A DNA stretch of 64,000 nt from Negaprion brevirostris (Eukaryota), in assembly GCA_030324005.1 (NCBI GenBank), contig JARDVH010000110.1:21826989-21890988 (forward strand). Reading direction: 5' to 3'. The translations under genes were made by a program, and so were the position numbers. Below, in pieces: positions 38,640 through 51,129 of the stretch. Positions within the stretch are counted from its first letter, which is position 1, and each line of letters starts with the position of its first letter. Below the pieces are notes generated by a model, which was given only the letters and a program-made list of their open reading frames with translations, was not told the origin of the DNA and did not search any database.

Positions 38640-41450
38640 TGTCAACGTTACCTTCCCTCTGTAATTCAGCTCTTTTGCATGTATTTGGTCCAAGGCTGAA
38701 TGAAGAATGGAGTTGAGCGGTGTTGGTGGAACTCATACTGAGCATCGGTGAATAGGCTGTTGGTGAGTAAGTAATGTTTGACATCACCTTCTATTACTTT
38801 GCTGGTGATTGAGAGCAGACAGATAGGGCAGCAATTAGCCAGTTGGATCTGTCTTACTTTTTGCGGACAGAACATACCTGAGCAATTTTCCACATTTTCA
38901 GGTAGATTCCAATATTGTAGCTGTAGTTGGACAGCTAGCCTAGAACTGTGCTTGTTTTGAAGCACAAGTCATCAGCACTATAGCCAGGATGTTATCAGAG
39001 CTAATCGTATCCATTGTGTTCAGCCATTTCTTGATTTCTTGTGGAAGGAATCGAAGTGGCTGAAACCTGACATTGTGCTGGTGAGACCCCCATGCCCCAT
39101 GATCTCAACCTATGTGAAATCTCACTTCTGACACCAACTTTGTCAGATTTATTTGGAGTTTGGGAGTCACAGGTCCCCCCACAATGGGGTTGAAGTCATA
39201 TTAAGTGGTTTATTAAGAAGCAGAACTAAACAGGAAAAGCATATGAAGCATGACCGGTGAGAATCCCTGAGGACAGACTGGTAGGCAGATGATGGCAGAG
39301 AGTGAACATCAATCTCTGGAGGGAGGGCGGCAGCTTATTGTCTATTTTCTCTTTATTTGCTGCAGTATTCTCTTTTTGTCCTTTTCCTTCTCGAGCTAGT
39401 GAGGTGCTAGGAAGCTCGCTTCTGGTTTTCTTTTGCCTGGTGAGAACTGTCCCCCTCAATCTCTGCAAGAACCATTATTGCACCTTCTTTCTAGGGGCTG
39501 GTTTTTTACCCTATGACAGTCACTTGTTCAGCTGGCCAATGACCAAAGAACAGATGCCCAAGCTGTCACCTTCACTCTATCTGTCACTTTTGCTGAGGTT
39601 GTCCTTTAGCATATCTCATGCTGGGTACCACTTGTTAATTCCTTCCAGGCACAAGTATAGATAAGAGAATACCCAAGGTGCTACAAAACTCCTGAGAACA
39701 TTTGGCTAGTATCTTTGTTTTGTCTCAATTAGGGACTGTTGAGGGACTTATTTTTCCAGAGAGAAAGAGGAACTGCCAGTTAGGCTTATGCTGTGCCTGC
39801 TAGTTCCATAAGCATTTGATAATGTTTTGAAAAGTAGGATTTCTTACATCACCACTGTTCATGACTGGCTGTGACAGGACTACAGAGTTTTAAGCTGATC
39901 CATCAGCTGTGGGATTGCTTAGATCTGCTTCCTCCTGGCAGGCATATAGTCTGTGCTGTAGCTTCACTATGCTGGCACTTCATTTTTAGGTACCTATGAT
40001 CCACTCCTGGCATTGACTCCTGTAACCCCTGACTGAACCAGAGTTTGTCTCCTGGTTTGATGGTAATAGTAGAGTGAGATATATATCAGGCCATAAGGTT
40101 ACAGATTGTGCTTTAATGAAGATGAGATTTTATTGGATCCCAGTGGGGGTTAGGCAGTGGGGGCAGATTGATCATGTCCCCGAATGTGTCCTGCCATCAT
40201 TGATTTTTACCAACGCCAAGGAGGCAGATAGTCAATGGCCATTTTACCAGGCTGTCAGCAATTTGCTGATCCTGCGCTGCTTGGGGAGGCCACCAGCTCA
40301 ATGGAGGTGTTCTCCCAATGGCATGATGGGGATGGTTGACAGGGGGAGATGGTGGGATTGTTTTTTAAAGCTATAGAGGGGTGAAGAGCAGGGAAGGCAC
40401 CCTGCCAGGCCAACCAATTTTTTTTGAAGATATTTCCTTTTAATCATTTGAATTTTTATAATTTTACTTTTGTTTTACAGCTCAATGCAGCAAGCCTCCA
40501 GCCTGTGTCATCAGTGGCCACCATTCCTGAACACGATGGCATCCCCAGCGGCAACCACCTAATTGGCTGCTATCCATTCAATTGAATAGTAAGAACCACT
40601 GGCTGCCCACATGTGCTCGTAACCAGCTTTTCTGGCCAATTTTGGGCCATTCACCATATTGGCAAAATGCTACCTGCATGTCCACAAGGAATCTGCAGTA
40701 ATCACTCCAACTAATATTGTTAAGAAAATGCATCCGTTATAGGTAGATTGGTGAGAATGAGGCCAGTTGATATTTTTTCACCCCAGTTGAATCCCTGACC
40801 ACCTGTCGCCAGCTCAATCTCGCAAATATATTTAAGGCTTGGCCAGCTTGGTCAGTGGTGGTACTGTGGGGCCGTTCTTAGTGACAGACATTGAAGTCCC
40901 AAATTGAGAATATTGAGTGTTCTTGCTATCCTCAGTACTTCTTCCAAGTGCTGCTCAACATGGAGGAGCACTGTTTCATTAGCTGAAGGAAGGTGGTAGC
41001 TGGTAATCAATAGGAGGTTTTCTGACCTACATTTGGTCTGACACCATGAGGCTTCATGTGTCTGGAATCAGTGTTGACAGTTCCCAGGGCTACTCTCTTC
41101 CTACTGTATACCACTATCCTGCCACATTTAATGAGTCTGACCTGCTAGTGGCATAGGGCATTTGCAGGAATGATGATGAAGGAGTGTGGGACCTTGTAAG
41201 GTGGAACAAACTGAGGGCTAAATAGTCTATGTATGTTGAGGTTCCTCCCTGTCCATTCTGTGTGAATGAATGTCAATCTGTTGCTTGATGAGACTGAGAA
41301 CTTTGAGAGGGAACTTTCCCAATTTAGCTCAAGTCTCTAGACATTCATGTGGAGGAATTTACAGGGTTGACATGGCTTTGTCAGGTCTAGTACAAGGGCA
41401 ATGTGGATGGTTTGTCTGGTTTTATTCTTTACCACAATTGACTGGTGCCA
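38640..41450 (-). mobile_element. Decayed LINE ORF2 (endonuclease to RT) broken by inserts at ~39080-39840 (LTR-like) and ~40115-40670 (MITE-like)
   Basis: PICLLSITSKVIEG...LFTDAQYEFHQHRST (RT domains); GDFNV at ~40890 (APE). Confidence 0.7.
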
Positions 41451-41905
41451 AGTGGGCAGTTAAGAATCAACCATATTGGTGTAGATCAGGAGGCACATGA
41501 ACACCATACTGAGTGAGGACAGCAAATTTCCTTCACATTAGGACATTAGTGAACTGGATAGGTTTTCACAACAATCCAGTAATGTTGTGGATATCATTAC
41601 TGATATTAATTTTCATTTTGGACTTACTTAATTGAATGTAGCTTTTACAATCAAAGATGTGCAGTTTAGGTGGATTGGCCATGTTAGATTACCCATCAGT
41701 GCACAAAGATGTTATAACTACAAGGTATTACAGGGGTGGGGAGGGGCAGTGAGCCTGGGTAAGATGCTCTTCCATGGAATCAGTACAGACTCAGTGGGCT
41801 GAATAGCCTCCTTTGTCACTGTAGCCTTCTGTAGTTCTATGTCAGCTGCTCCAAATCATTAGTTCAGGCCTCTGGATTACTTTGCAAAAATATCCATTAT
41901 GCAAC
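41445..41905 (-). mobile_element. Second-family tRNA SINE with a nested plus-strand HE1 3' half (41652-41840)
   Basis: Reverse homology to 21078-21485; inner AAAGATGTGCAGTTTAGGTGGATTGGCCATG...TTCTATG. Confidence 0.7.
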
Positions 41906-42261
41906 TTTACCTTTAGCCATCAATAATTGTTGGACCACAGTGGTTATTAAGTTGTGCTTTTAATCAGAAACTTTGATTAACCTTCAGCATCAGTTGATAC
42001 AGATTAAAGATAATTGCCAAAATAATCAGAAAAGAAGTGGTAATGTAAACAGATTTAATAATCACTTTCAAAGGGAAATTGGGGCAGCAGTTGAAAGATA
42101 AATATTTGCAGGACTATAGGGAAAGAGCAGAGGTATGGGACTAATAATAGGCTACAAAATGGCATCTACTGTGGAACAATAGGTGTTGTACTGCATTTTT
42201 CCAATCCAGTAGTTCAAGGTATGCACTTAATTCATTTTTTAAGTTTACTCACCAGAGTATT

Positions 42262-42490
42262 CATGATGTGGAGATGCTGGCGTTGGACTGGGATGGGTGC
42301 AGTAAGAAGTCTCACAACACAAGATTAAAGTCCAACAGGTTTATTTGGAATCATGAGCTTTCAGAACACTGCTCTTTCATCAGGTTATACTTCATCAGGG
42401 CTCACTTGTTGAAGGAGCAGTGCTTTGAAAGCTTGTGATTCCAAATAAACCTATTGGACTTTAATCTGGTGTTGTGAGACTTTTTACTCA
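42262..42490. mobile_element. Penelope-derived inverted-repeat element
   Basis: Arms ~42301-42384 and ~42402-42488 are reverse complements (AGTAAGAAGTCTCACAACAC...TCAGG / ...GTGTTGTGAGACTTTTTACT). Confidence 0.85.
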
Positions 42491-43124
42491 GCAGAGTGTT
42501 GGTGTTGCAATCTCAGTGTCAGCTCCTTCAGTGTTTTTGAATTTTGGAAACAATTTAAATAAAAATACTAGTCTTTTTCAAAATTCTCTCTCAGGCAAGA
42601 TTTCCTGGCCTCAGTTTTTACAATAGCATCTGATTGTAATATTGTTGATGTTAATTTCAGGATGACACAGACAAAATGGATCTTAATGAGGAATCTGCAT
42701 TTGACCACTGTGTTAGGAATTCATGTTAATCCCTGTTCATCCTAAACCTTGGGACATTTTGTCCATTTTACCTGAACTTTCCCACTCACTCCCAGGCCAA
42801 CAAGGCTTTAAGCTTTCCATCTGCATCAATTTTCTGACCAAAGCCTGCTCGGTAAGTTCTAACCCCCTGTACTTCCATGTGCATCTCTAATACTCATGAT
42901 TGATCCCTCTTTTCCATGCAGATCTGACCTGGACCCTCTGCTCCCCATTACTATGCTTAGTATAAAATCAGAAAAGTCTACTTCACTGTCAATTGAATCT
43001 GTAAGCCACACCATTGGCGATCTCTTATTTACTTGAAATTTCTCTCCAAAAGTCTGTTAAACATGAAGGAGTCTTGTCTGGATACCGTCCTCCGAGACTG
43101 ACACCGCCTATTTATTCATTTTAT

Positions 43125-43420
43125 TTATTTAGTTATTTGTGTCACAAGTAGTCTTACATTAACATTGCAATGAAGTTACTATGAAAATCCTCTCATCAAC
43201 ACTCCAGTGCCTGTTCGGGTACACTGAGGGAGAATTTAGCATGCCTAATGCACCTAACCAGCACATCTTTCAGACTGTTGGAGGAAACTGTAGCACCTGG
43301 AGGAAACCCACATGGGTAGAACATGCAAACTCCACACTGATAGTGACCCAAGTCGGCAATCTAACCAGAGTCCTTGGTGCCGTAAGGCAGCAGTGCTAAC
43401 CACTGTGCCATTGTGTCACC
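43125..43420 (-). mobile_element. Full-length HE1/V-SINE, tail type B
   Basis: Head GGCACAGTGGTTAGCACTGCTGCC on the minus strand, V-domain, type B tail. Confidence 0.88.
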
Positions 43421-43614
43421 CACAGAGAGGGCTATGCGTCATTAACTTGCATCTGTTCAGTGTAATACAGGCATCAAATAAACTTGGTGCTGCTTGCATA
43501 TCTACATAATTATTGCATGCACCTAGAAGTAATCATGCTGTTGTTGGCTACCTGTATGAGCAGGTGACCCAAAGTCAAAACTTGTTGGCACCTGTTACAA
43601 AGCTAGCCTGCACT

Positions 43615-43925
43615 GGAGAGATGGCATAGTGGTAATGTCACTGAACTAAGAAGCTAATGCCCTAGGTTCAAATCCCACCACAGCAGCTGGGATAAATCTG
43701 AAATATAAAATCATCATGCAACTATCATTGCTTTCTGGAAAAGCCCATCTGGTTCACTAATGTCCTTTAGAGAAGGAAATCTGCCATCTTTACCTCATCT
43801 GGCTTACATATGACTCCAGATCCACAGTAATGTGGTTGAGTCTTAACTGGCCTTTGAAATAGCCTAGCAATCCACTTGGTTCAAGGGCAGCCACAAATAT
43901 GCAATAATGATGCAGATCTTGCCGT
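43615..43925 (+). mobile_element. Second-family tRNA SINE
   Basis: TGGCATAGTGGTAATGTCAC, GGTTCAAATCCC, AGAAGGAAATCTGCC; homologous to 21078-21485. Confidence 0.85.
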
Positions 43926-43989
43926 AAAGGGGAAGTGGATTGTAGTTGGATCAGCTGCTGGCACTTTGAGGAAATGAGCTTGACATGGG

Positions 43990-44385
43990 AGAGAGTTTTC
44001 AGACATTGCACTGGAAGCTTTGGTGAAGGAGGTGAACAGAATGAGAGATGTCCTGTATCTGCAGGGGGCCAGGAGTCCCTCCACAACTAAAAATGCACTT
44101 TCTCTCCATATTTGCATGGGTTTCCTTGGGGTTCTCTGGTTTCCTCCCACAGTCCAAAGATGTACACGAGGTGGATTGGTCATATTAAAAATTGCCCCTT
44201 ACTGTCAGAAAGATTAGCTGAGTAAATATGTGGGATTAAGGGGATAGGGCATGGATGGGATTGTTGTCAGTGCAGGCTTGATGGGCCAAACAGCCTTCTT
44301 CTCCACTGTAGGATTCTATGATTCTACGCAGCACTGTCAAAGGTTCAAAGACCTCAAATGAGTGATCAAAGCCAGTGAAGGTATC
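43990..44385 (+). mobile_element. Harbinger Myb/SANT remnant interrupted by an HE1 SINE (44094-44325)
   Basis: FSDIALEALVKEVNRMRDVLY...; resumes after the SINE with RFKDL; HE1 V-domain and type A tail in between. Confidence 0.7.
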
Positions 44386-45179
44386 TTCAATTGTCATATC
44401 CCATTAAAAACACTGAGCCTTGCACACCGCTCTGTGCATGGCACACTCACTATTCACCTACCCATTGCATCTCCATTACTCACCCATTAATCACCCTTCT
44501 GTTACTCAACCACCCGTCACACCCTTGTTACGCATCTACTCATCACCCTCTTTACTCACCACTAGACAATCTCAAATCAATCATAACTCATACTTCACAT
44601 TCATAGCTTTGCAACACCCTCAGACACTTAGACTTTCTGTAAACCTCACACTGACTTCTCCCTGCTTGCACACTTTGCCAACTATTCAACAACACAGCCA
44701 AATGAAAGTATTACATTAGCTAACAGACTCACCATCCTCTTGCAGGATAGGACTGCCTAAAACTGTAGGTAGCAGGAGAAGGGGATAGGTGTAGTTGCAT
44801 TATGAAAGGTACAATGTTGACCATGATGAGGGATGTGCATTGTTGAGGCCATGACTAACAGCTGAACTGAAACTGTTGATTATCATGGTACCTTCATAGC
44901 TAATCGTCCTTCTCGTATCCCAGTTAGTGCACACACTTCCCCAATTTCCAAGGTGCAGATAGTGTAATGCACCTCTGCATTTCCCCACTTCCTGCATGAA
45001 GACATCGGTGCCTACAGAATAAGGCTGATGTAAAACAACGTTTTATGATTGAGAAGCCTGCCAAAAAGTTTGCAGACAATGCCAAGCAATATAGAAGAGT
45101 CCAGCATCAAACTAACACAGGGCTTTGTGCAGAGATTGAAGCCCATTGCTCTCAGTACTGAATCACAGGCTATCATGGG

Positions 45180-45290
45180 CTTTGCAATTGCAAACACCTC
45201 TTCATTTGTCTTACGTTTTGTGAATGGAATATTAAGCATACATCTAAACATCCACATTTCAAAGTCCTCTCTTTTCATTGACCTGAATGA
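45180..45290 (-). mobile_element. RTE-clade LINE RT fragment
   Basis: EDFEMWMFRCMLNIPFTKRKTNEEV matches RTE EAFEMW.YRRML.I.W....TNEEV. Confidence 0.7.
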
Positions 45291-45684
45291 TTTGTTGCAT
45301 TTTATTGCATATCAGCTAGCCGTTGAGGGAGTGGAATCACTTTCAGTTCTGGACTGGGGCAAAGCTGACATATGACGCGTACAAAGCCATGTTTGTGCAA
45401 TTAATGGCATCCAACACCATGGTAATTACCTGTTGGGAATTTTATGCAGTTCCAGTTCTTTTAAGAAACATGGAACTTGGAATCCACGGTAATTAAACAA
45501 ATGCAGTGACTCATAAAATGTGAGTTTATTACAATATTTCTAATCATATTTTTTCATTTTTTAAAAACAAGCTGTTATTTTTTTCACTAATTGTTGTTAC
45601 ATGTAAAAATCTCCTGTAAAACAGAATGCCATTTATCTGAGACTAGGAAGAGGATTTTTCAAACTTACTAATATTTCATCAAGG

Positions 45685-47420
45685 GGAGAAAATAGTCCTT
45701 GAGAGTAAACTTGCAAGAAATGTAGCAACGGATTGTAAGATCTTCAACAAATATGTGAAAGGAAGAGATTAGCAAAAGTCAACATAGATCCCTTAGAGGC
45801 AGAGACATAAGAAATTATATTGGGGAATAAGGGAATGTCAGAGACGCTAAACAAATATTCCTAGCAAAACTACATACTTGCTTATCCTGGTTGTCACTGG
45901 CAGAACTGAGGACTTCACTATAGTGGATACACTAAAGGGTGGCTCGGTGGCACAATGGTTAGCACTGCTCCCTCACAATGTCAAAGACACGGGTTCGATT
46001 CCCAGCTTGGGTGACTGTCTGTGCAAAGTCTGATGTTCTCTCTGTATCCAAGTGAGTTTCCTCTGGTGCTCCTATTTCCTCCCATAGTCTGAAAAGACAT
46101 GGTGAGGTGCATTAGTCATGCTAAACTCTCCATCAGTGTACCCAAACAAATGCTGGAGAGTGGCGATTAGGGAATTTTCAGACTAACTTCATTGCGGTGT
46201 TAGTGTAAGCTGACTTGTGACTAATAAATAAACTTTAATAAGTATAGATAAGGGATTGGAAGGAAGGGAGGAATACAGGGAAATTACAATCATCATGGAA
46301 GTGGTACTTAATGAATTGTTGGAGCTGTAGAATGACAAGTCCCCTGGGTCTTAATGGAATTAATTCTAGTGTCTTAAAGAAGTTGATGCGTTAGTTTCCA
46401 TTTTTCAAAATTCTCTGGATTATGGGAAGGTGTAACTAGATTGGAAAGTTACAAATGTAATGCTTTTATTGAAGAAAAGGAGGGAGACAGACAGTGGGAA
46501 ATTACAGGCTGGTTAACATCTGCCATAGGGAAAATGTTGGAAGTTGTTATTATTAAAGACATTAAGTCAGGGTATTTAGAAAAATTTAAGACAGCTAGGC
46601 TGAGTCAACATGGTTTTATGAAAGGAAAATTTATTGGAGTTCTTTGAAGGAGTCAAATGTGCTGTTGAGAAAGGGCAACTGGTGAATTATTGTGTTTAGA
46701 TTTTCTGAAGTCATCTGATAAGGTACCCTATCATAGGTTATTCTGGAAAATAAAACCTCATGGTGTACAGGGTGACATATTGGCATGCTTAGAAGATTGG
46801 CTAGCTAATAGGAAACAGATGATAGCCAAAAATGTGTCTTTTACTGGTTGGTGGGATGGAAAGAGTGGTGTGCCACAGGAATCAGTTCTGGGGCCTCAAC
46901 TTTTCACAATTTATATAGATGACTTGGATGAAGGGATGAATGCCAAATTTGCTGATGATACGATGATAGATAGGAAAATAAGCTGTGGAAAGGATGTAAA
47001 GATACTGAAATGGGATAGATAGGTTACGCCATTTTATTTAAAAGAAAAGTTTGGACAGGCTGGGCTTGAACCTGCTGCAGATTAGAACAGTACGCAGTGA
47101 CTTGATTGAAACATATAAGGTGTTGACCCTCTGGATGTGAAGATGTTTTATCTTGTGGGGGAATCGAGAACTCGGGGTCATTGTTTAAAAATAAGGGGCC
47201 ACTGTTTATATTTATGATGAGAAGACATTTTTTTCTGAGGGTAGTGAGTCTTTTGAATTCCCTTCCTCTAAAAGCAGCTGAAGCAGGGTCTTTGAATACT
47301 TTCAAGGCAGAGGTGGATAGATTATTGATACACATGAGGGGTGAAAGATTATTGGGAGCGGGCAGAAGATGGATGGAGCTGGCTTGAAGGGCTGAGTGGT
47401 CTACTCGTGTATGTTCAGAT
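45685..47420 (+). mobile_element. CR1 ORF2 (RT) and 3' end, decayed; HE1 type B inserted at 45938-46238
   Basis: SQHGFMKGK, LDFLKSSDKVPY, GVPQESVLGPQLFTIYIDDLDEG...KFADDT, FFLRVVSLLNSLP. Confidence 0.92.
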
Positions 47421-47684
47421 AACAGAACAAAATATTGGGAGCTCTCATGACATGAATAGAGAATCTTAGTACCTTCTTACACAGCAGTGGATGGCAAATT
47501 TCTTGACATCCCCATCTCTAGCCTAGTGTATAAAAGCTTATGGTCACCTTCACAATAACTGGTAGTGTGATATTTACCCTTCTATGAGGTTGCAGTAGAT
47601 AACAGGTTTGAATGAGGACATCACTGCCTATAACTTAAATGACTTAAAACAACTCTAAAAAGCACAATATACTTGTAGAATAGC

Positions 47685-48000
47685 TGGCACAGTGTCACAG
47701 AGGCACTGCTGCCTCACAGCGTGAGGGGCCCAGTTCAATTCTGGCCTCGGGTCACTGTCGGTGTGAAGTTTGCATATTCTGTCTGTGTCTGCAAGGGTTT
47801 CCTCTGGGTTCTCTGGTTTCCTCCCACAGTCTAAAGATGTGTGGGTTAAGTTGATTAGCGATACTAAGTTGACCCTCGTACCAGTGGGGATTAGCAGGGT
47901 AAATGTGCGAGGTTACGGGAATAGGGCCTGGGTAGGGCTGTACTCAGTACAGACTCGATGGACCGAATGGCCTCTTTCTGTACTGCCGGGATTCTATGAG
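47685..48000 (+). mobile_element. Full-length HE1 SINE, tail type A
   Basis: GCACTGCTGCCTCACAGC, GTTCAATTC, V-domain, GATTCTATGA. Confidence 0.9.
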
Positions 48001-49254
48001 AATCTAGCAACAGCCTTAGGAAATCAACTAGCAACTAACCTATGAGAAATTGATAATCCCTTTAACATTGTAGTGAATGGAAATTGTTCCTGCAGCTGAA
48101 TGTATCTGCAGCCTTACATGATTAGAAGGCATTGCTCGAAGTGTTGAGCTCCAAGAGGGGAACACTGGCATTACATGAGCATGCTTATGATCTGCCTGCA
48201 CTGCATACTTCTGACAGACCTTCACTGCCTGGCTGTAAAGGCTTTCACCATTATGGCACCCAGAACAATTTTCCCTTGAAGTCTGTATGTGAACCACAAA
48301 TTCCATTTTGGAGCATCAAAGGCCCTCACAGCACCCCCAAAATGGTGTTTACTAGGCCAATTTCTCTCCTAAAATTTTCATTGTATTTACTTTATAAGAC
48401 AATTGTGTGTTTACCATTTCGCTTAATCTTGAGCATATGATGCCCATTTCTTTCCTTCCTTCTTTTTTTCTTCCACAAGCTAAAACAGACAGTTCACCTC
48501 TAGTCAACAGTGACAAATAAGAAAGTATCTGTCCTCTGTGCCCTAGGAAACAGATTTGTATTAAATTATTCTGTCTGATCAGAATGTAGTAATTACCTGC
48601 TGTATTCCTGCAAGGCATCAAGTGACATTAGGTCAAGCTGCTGGCACACAAATTTCTCAGACAAAGCAAGCTGTCCAAAGTAGATTAAAAAAATCCAGTT
48701 TTATTCTTTTGACTGTGCATATTTTAATTGTCACTGGAAACCAGCATTTAGAGGTTTGATCTCGAATGGCTGCTGAACAAAGCAGAGACACAAGGTATGT
48801 TTTATCCTGTTTGTGACTGGAAATCCTTAGTGTGGATTTCCTGTTGGGAATTTCATGCAGTTCCAACCTCTTGTTCTGGCAAGCAACTCAAAACTTGGAA
48901 TATACGGTAATTGAAAAATGCAGTGACCATAAAATATTTATTCATCGCAATATTTCTAATCTCAATTTTTCACTCTTGAAAATAAGCTGTGCTTTTTTAT
49001 TGAAAGATTGTTACAATAGATAAAAATCTGCAAAACATCATTGTTGTAAAAACAGACTATAAACAGGGACAAATTTAATTTAAGAAAACAAAGTGCACTT
49101 CACGTCAAATCCCTTTAGTTACAATAACGCTGCCTAATAATTCATAAGCGTTTCATTCTTTTCATATATCTCTGGTGATACTGAAAGATATCAGTTCAAA
49201 ATAATGGCATTTATCTGAGATGAGCAAGAGGATTTTCTTTTAGTAACATTTGAT

Positions 49255-49600
49255 CATGGGGAGAAGATAGATTATGAGAGTAAACTTGCCAGAAATGTAA
49301 CGACAGATTGTAAGAGCTTCTGCAAGGGATTAGCATTAATAGACCTGGGTCTCACAGAGGCAGAGACAGGAGAAATTATAATGGGGAGTAAGGGAAAGGC
49401 AAAAATGCTAAACAAATATTTTGTAGCCTGTCTTCACAATGCAAAATGCAAAGAATGTGCCGAAAATCATGGTGGACCGTGAGTTTAATAGGAGTATAGA
49501 ACTTAAAATGTAAGTAAACAAAAAGTACTCGAGAAATTAATTGGACTAAAAGCAACCAAATTCCCTGGGACTGACTGCTGATGTCCAAGGTTTTAAAGCC
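49255..49600 (+). mobile_element. CR1 ORF2 fragment, paralogous to 45685-45870
   Basis: GAGAGTAAACTTGC..AGAAATGTA...GATTGTAAGA shared by both. Confidence 0.7.
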
Positions 49601-49689
49601 TGGGGGGGTTGGGGGGGTGTCCGTTTCCCTTTGCTTTTTCTATCTTTCTTCTTACTCACCATTTAGGATTGATCCTTTCTATATTACAG

Positions 49690-50560
49690 GGAAAAGCTGT
49701 TTGACGTGAATTTGATAAATGGGTAAGTGTTACTCTATCCCTAAGGTTTAAAACTGTACACAACTTGGTGATGGTAATAAAATATATTTTAAAAAATACC
49801 CTAAATAAATCAATAATTTATTTAAGTAATTGTTTGAAACACAAGATGCAGGGGCAGGCGATGTCATGTGGTTAATCCTGGATAACATTGTGTTCCAGGG
49901 CCAACACATTTGCAGTGTTTGTGACTTGAGGGATTTCAGCTGAGAGTCATTGAGTTGGAGACTGAGCTGCAGCGTCTCAGGGAGAGGGAAACTTACCTGG
50001 ATGCTTTGTATAGGAGGCAGTCACACCTCTAAGAATAGGGGCTTCTGATTAGGTCAGTGCTCAGTAATGGGAGAGTGTGACTGCAAGTGAGACAGGTAAG
50101 TGAGTACAGGTGTGTCAGCCTCAGCAATTCTCCAACAGGTTTGATGTTCTTAAGAAGAACCACGAGCAGGAGGAGACCATTTGACTGCTCGAGCCTGCTC
50201 CGCCATTCAATAAGATCATGGTTTATCTTTTTGTGGACTCAGCTCCATTTACCCGCCCGCTCACCATAACCCTTAATTCTTTTACTGTTCAAAAATCTAT
50301 CTACCTTTGCCTTTAAAGATTGTTTGGATGAAAGTAGAGGCTGCAGGTTGGATGACCGTGGCAGAGTGGTACAAGAAGCCATTCAAGTTGGGGGAAGCAC
50401 ATAGGAATGTATTGAGAGCAGGGGATGGTATTGTGGTGGAGATTGCCACTGTTCTGTCTCGCAAGGATGAGAGTCCAAACGATTGTAGTGTCTGCCTGGT
50501 GCCAGGGTTCGGGACATCTGCTCCATACTGGAGAGGACGTTGGGCACTGTCTGTAGACTT
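49690..50560 (+). mobile_element. CR1 5' UTR/ORF1 remnant with a nested minus-strand CR1 tail (50153-50320)
   Basis: RVIELETELQ; ETYLDALY..AVTP; LPGARVRDICSILER (ORF1 SGNH-esterase motif). Confidence 0.7.
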
Positions 50561-51129
50561 GGCCAATTAATTTTTGGAATAGCATTTTTTCTTGAAAGGA
50601 TACAGGGATGAGTATGAATTCTGTATTTGAGAAAAGTTTAAAGGAGTTGGACTTTTTTCAATAAATTGTGATCCAATTGAAGTTTTCAGAATATGTAAAA
50701 TTTACCGTAAAAAGTTGAAAAATGATGTTTCAGGAGTAACATGAATAATATGACGAGACAGCCAAATAGTTTGTAAAAGGTGAGAGAGTTTGTGGACTAA
50801 GTTACCATGGTAACCAATTAAATCCAGACAGTATAACTGGGTTTATGAGACAATTAAGAAATTGCAATTAAATACCATAGAGGTGATAATCCTTTCAGCA
50901 CAACTTGTGTGGCTTGAACTTTATCTGTCAGGCTTGCTCACAGTGGGGGAGCCTGGCAGCATGTTGGGGATCTAGAAATTTCAGCAGCCTCATTTGGCAA
51001 TGGCTTTTTAACTCAGCCTGACGTCATGAGGCCACCTATATCTGCTCAGTTAGCTGACAAAGATGGACTGTTTCAGGCACACTACAGCTAATCTGAGAAA
51101 GTGCAGCCATCTGGCACATCAATTCCCAT

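Noticed and set aside
45938-46010. tRNA genes at A/B-box motifs
   Set aside because: All are SINE heads continuing into SINE bodies; no cloverleaf.
49690-49722. 33-nt segment with strong splice signals (TACAG...GTAAGT)
   Set aside because: Sits at the start of a CR1 5' UTR remnant; no supporting exons.
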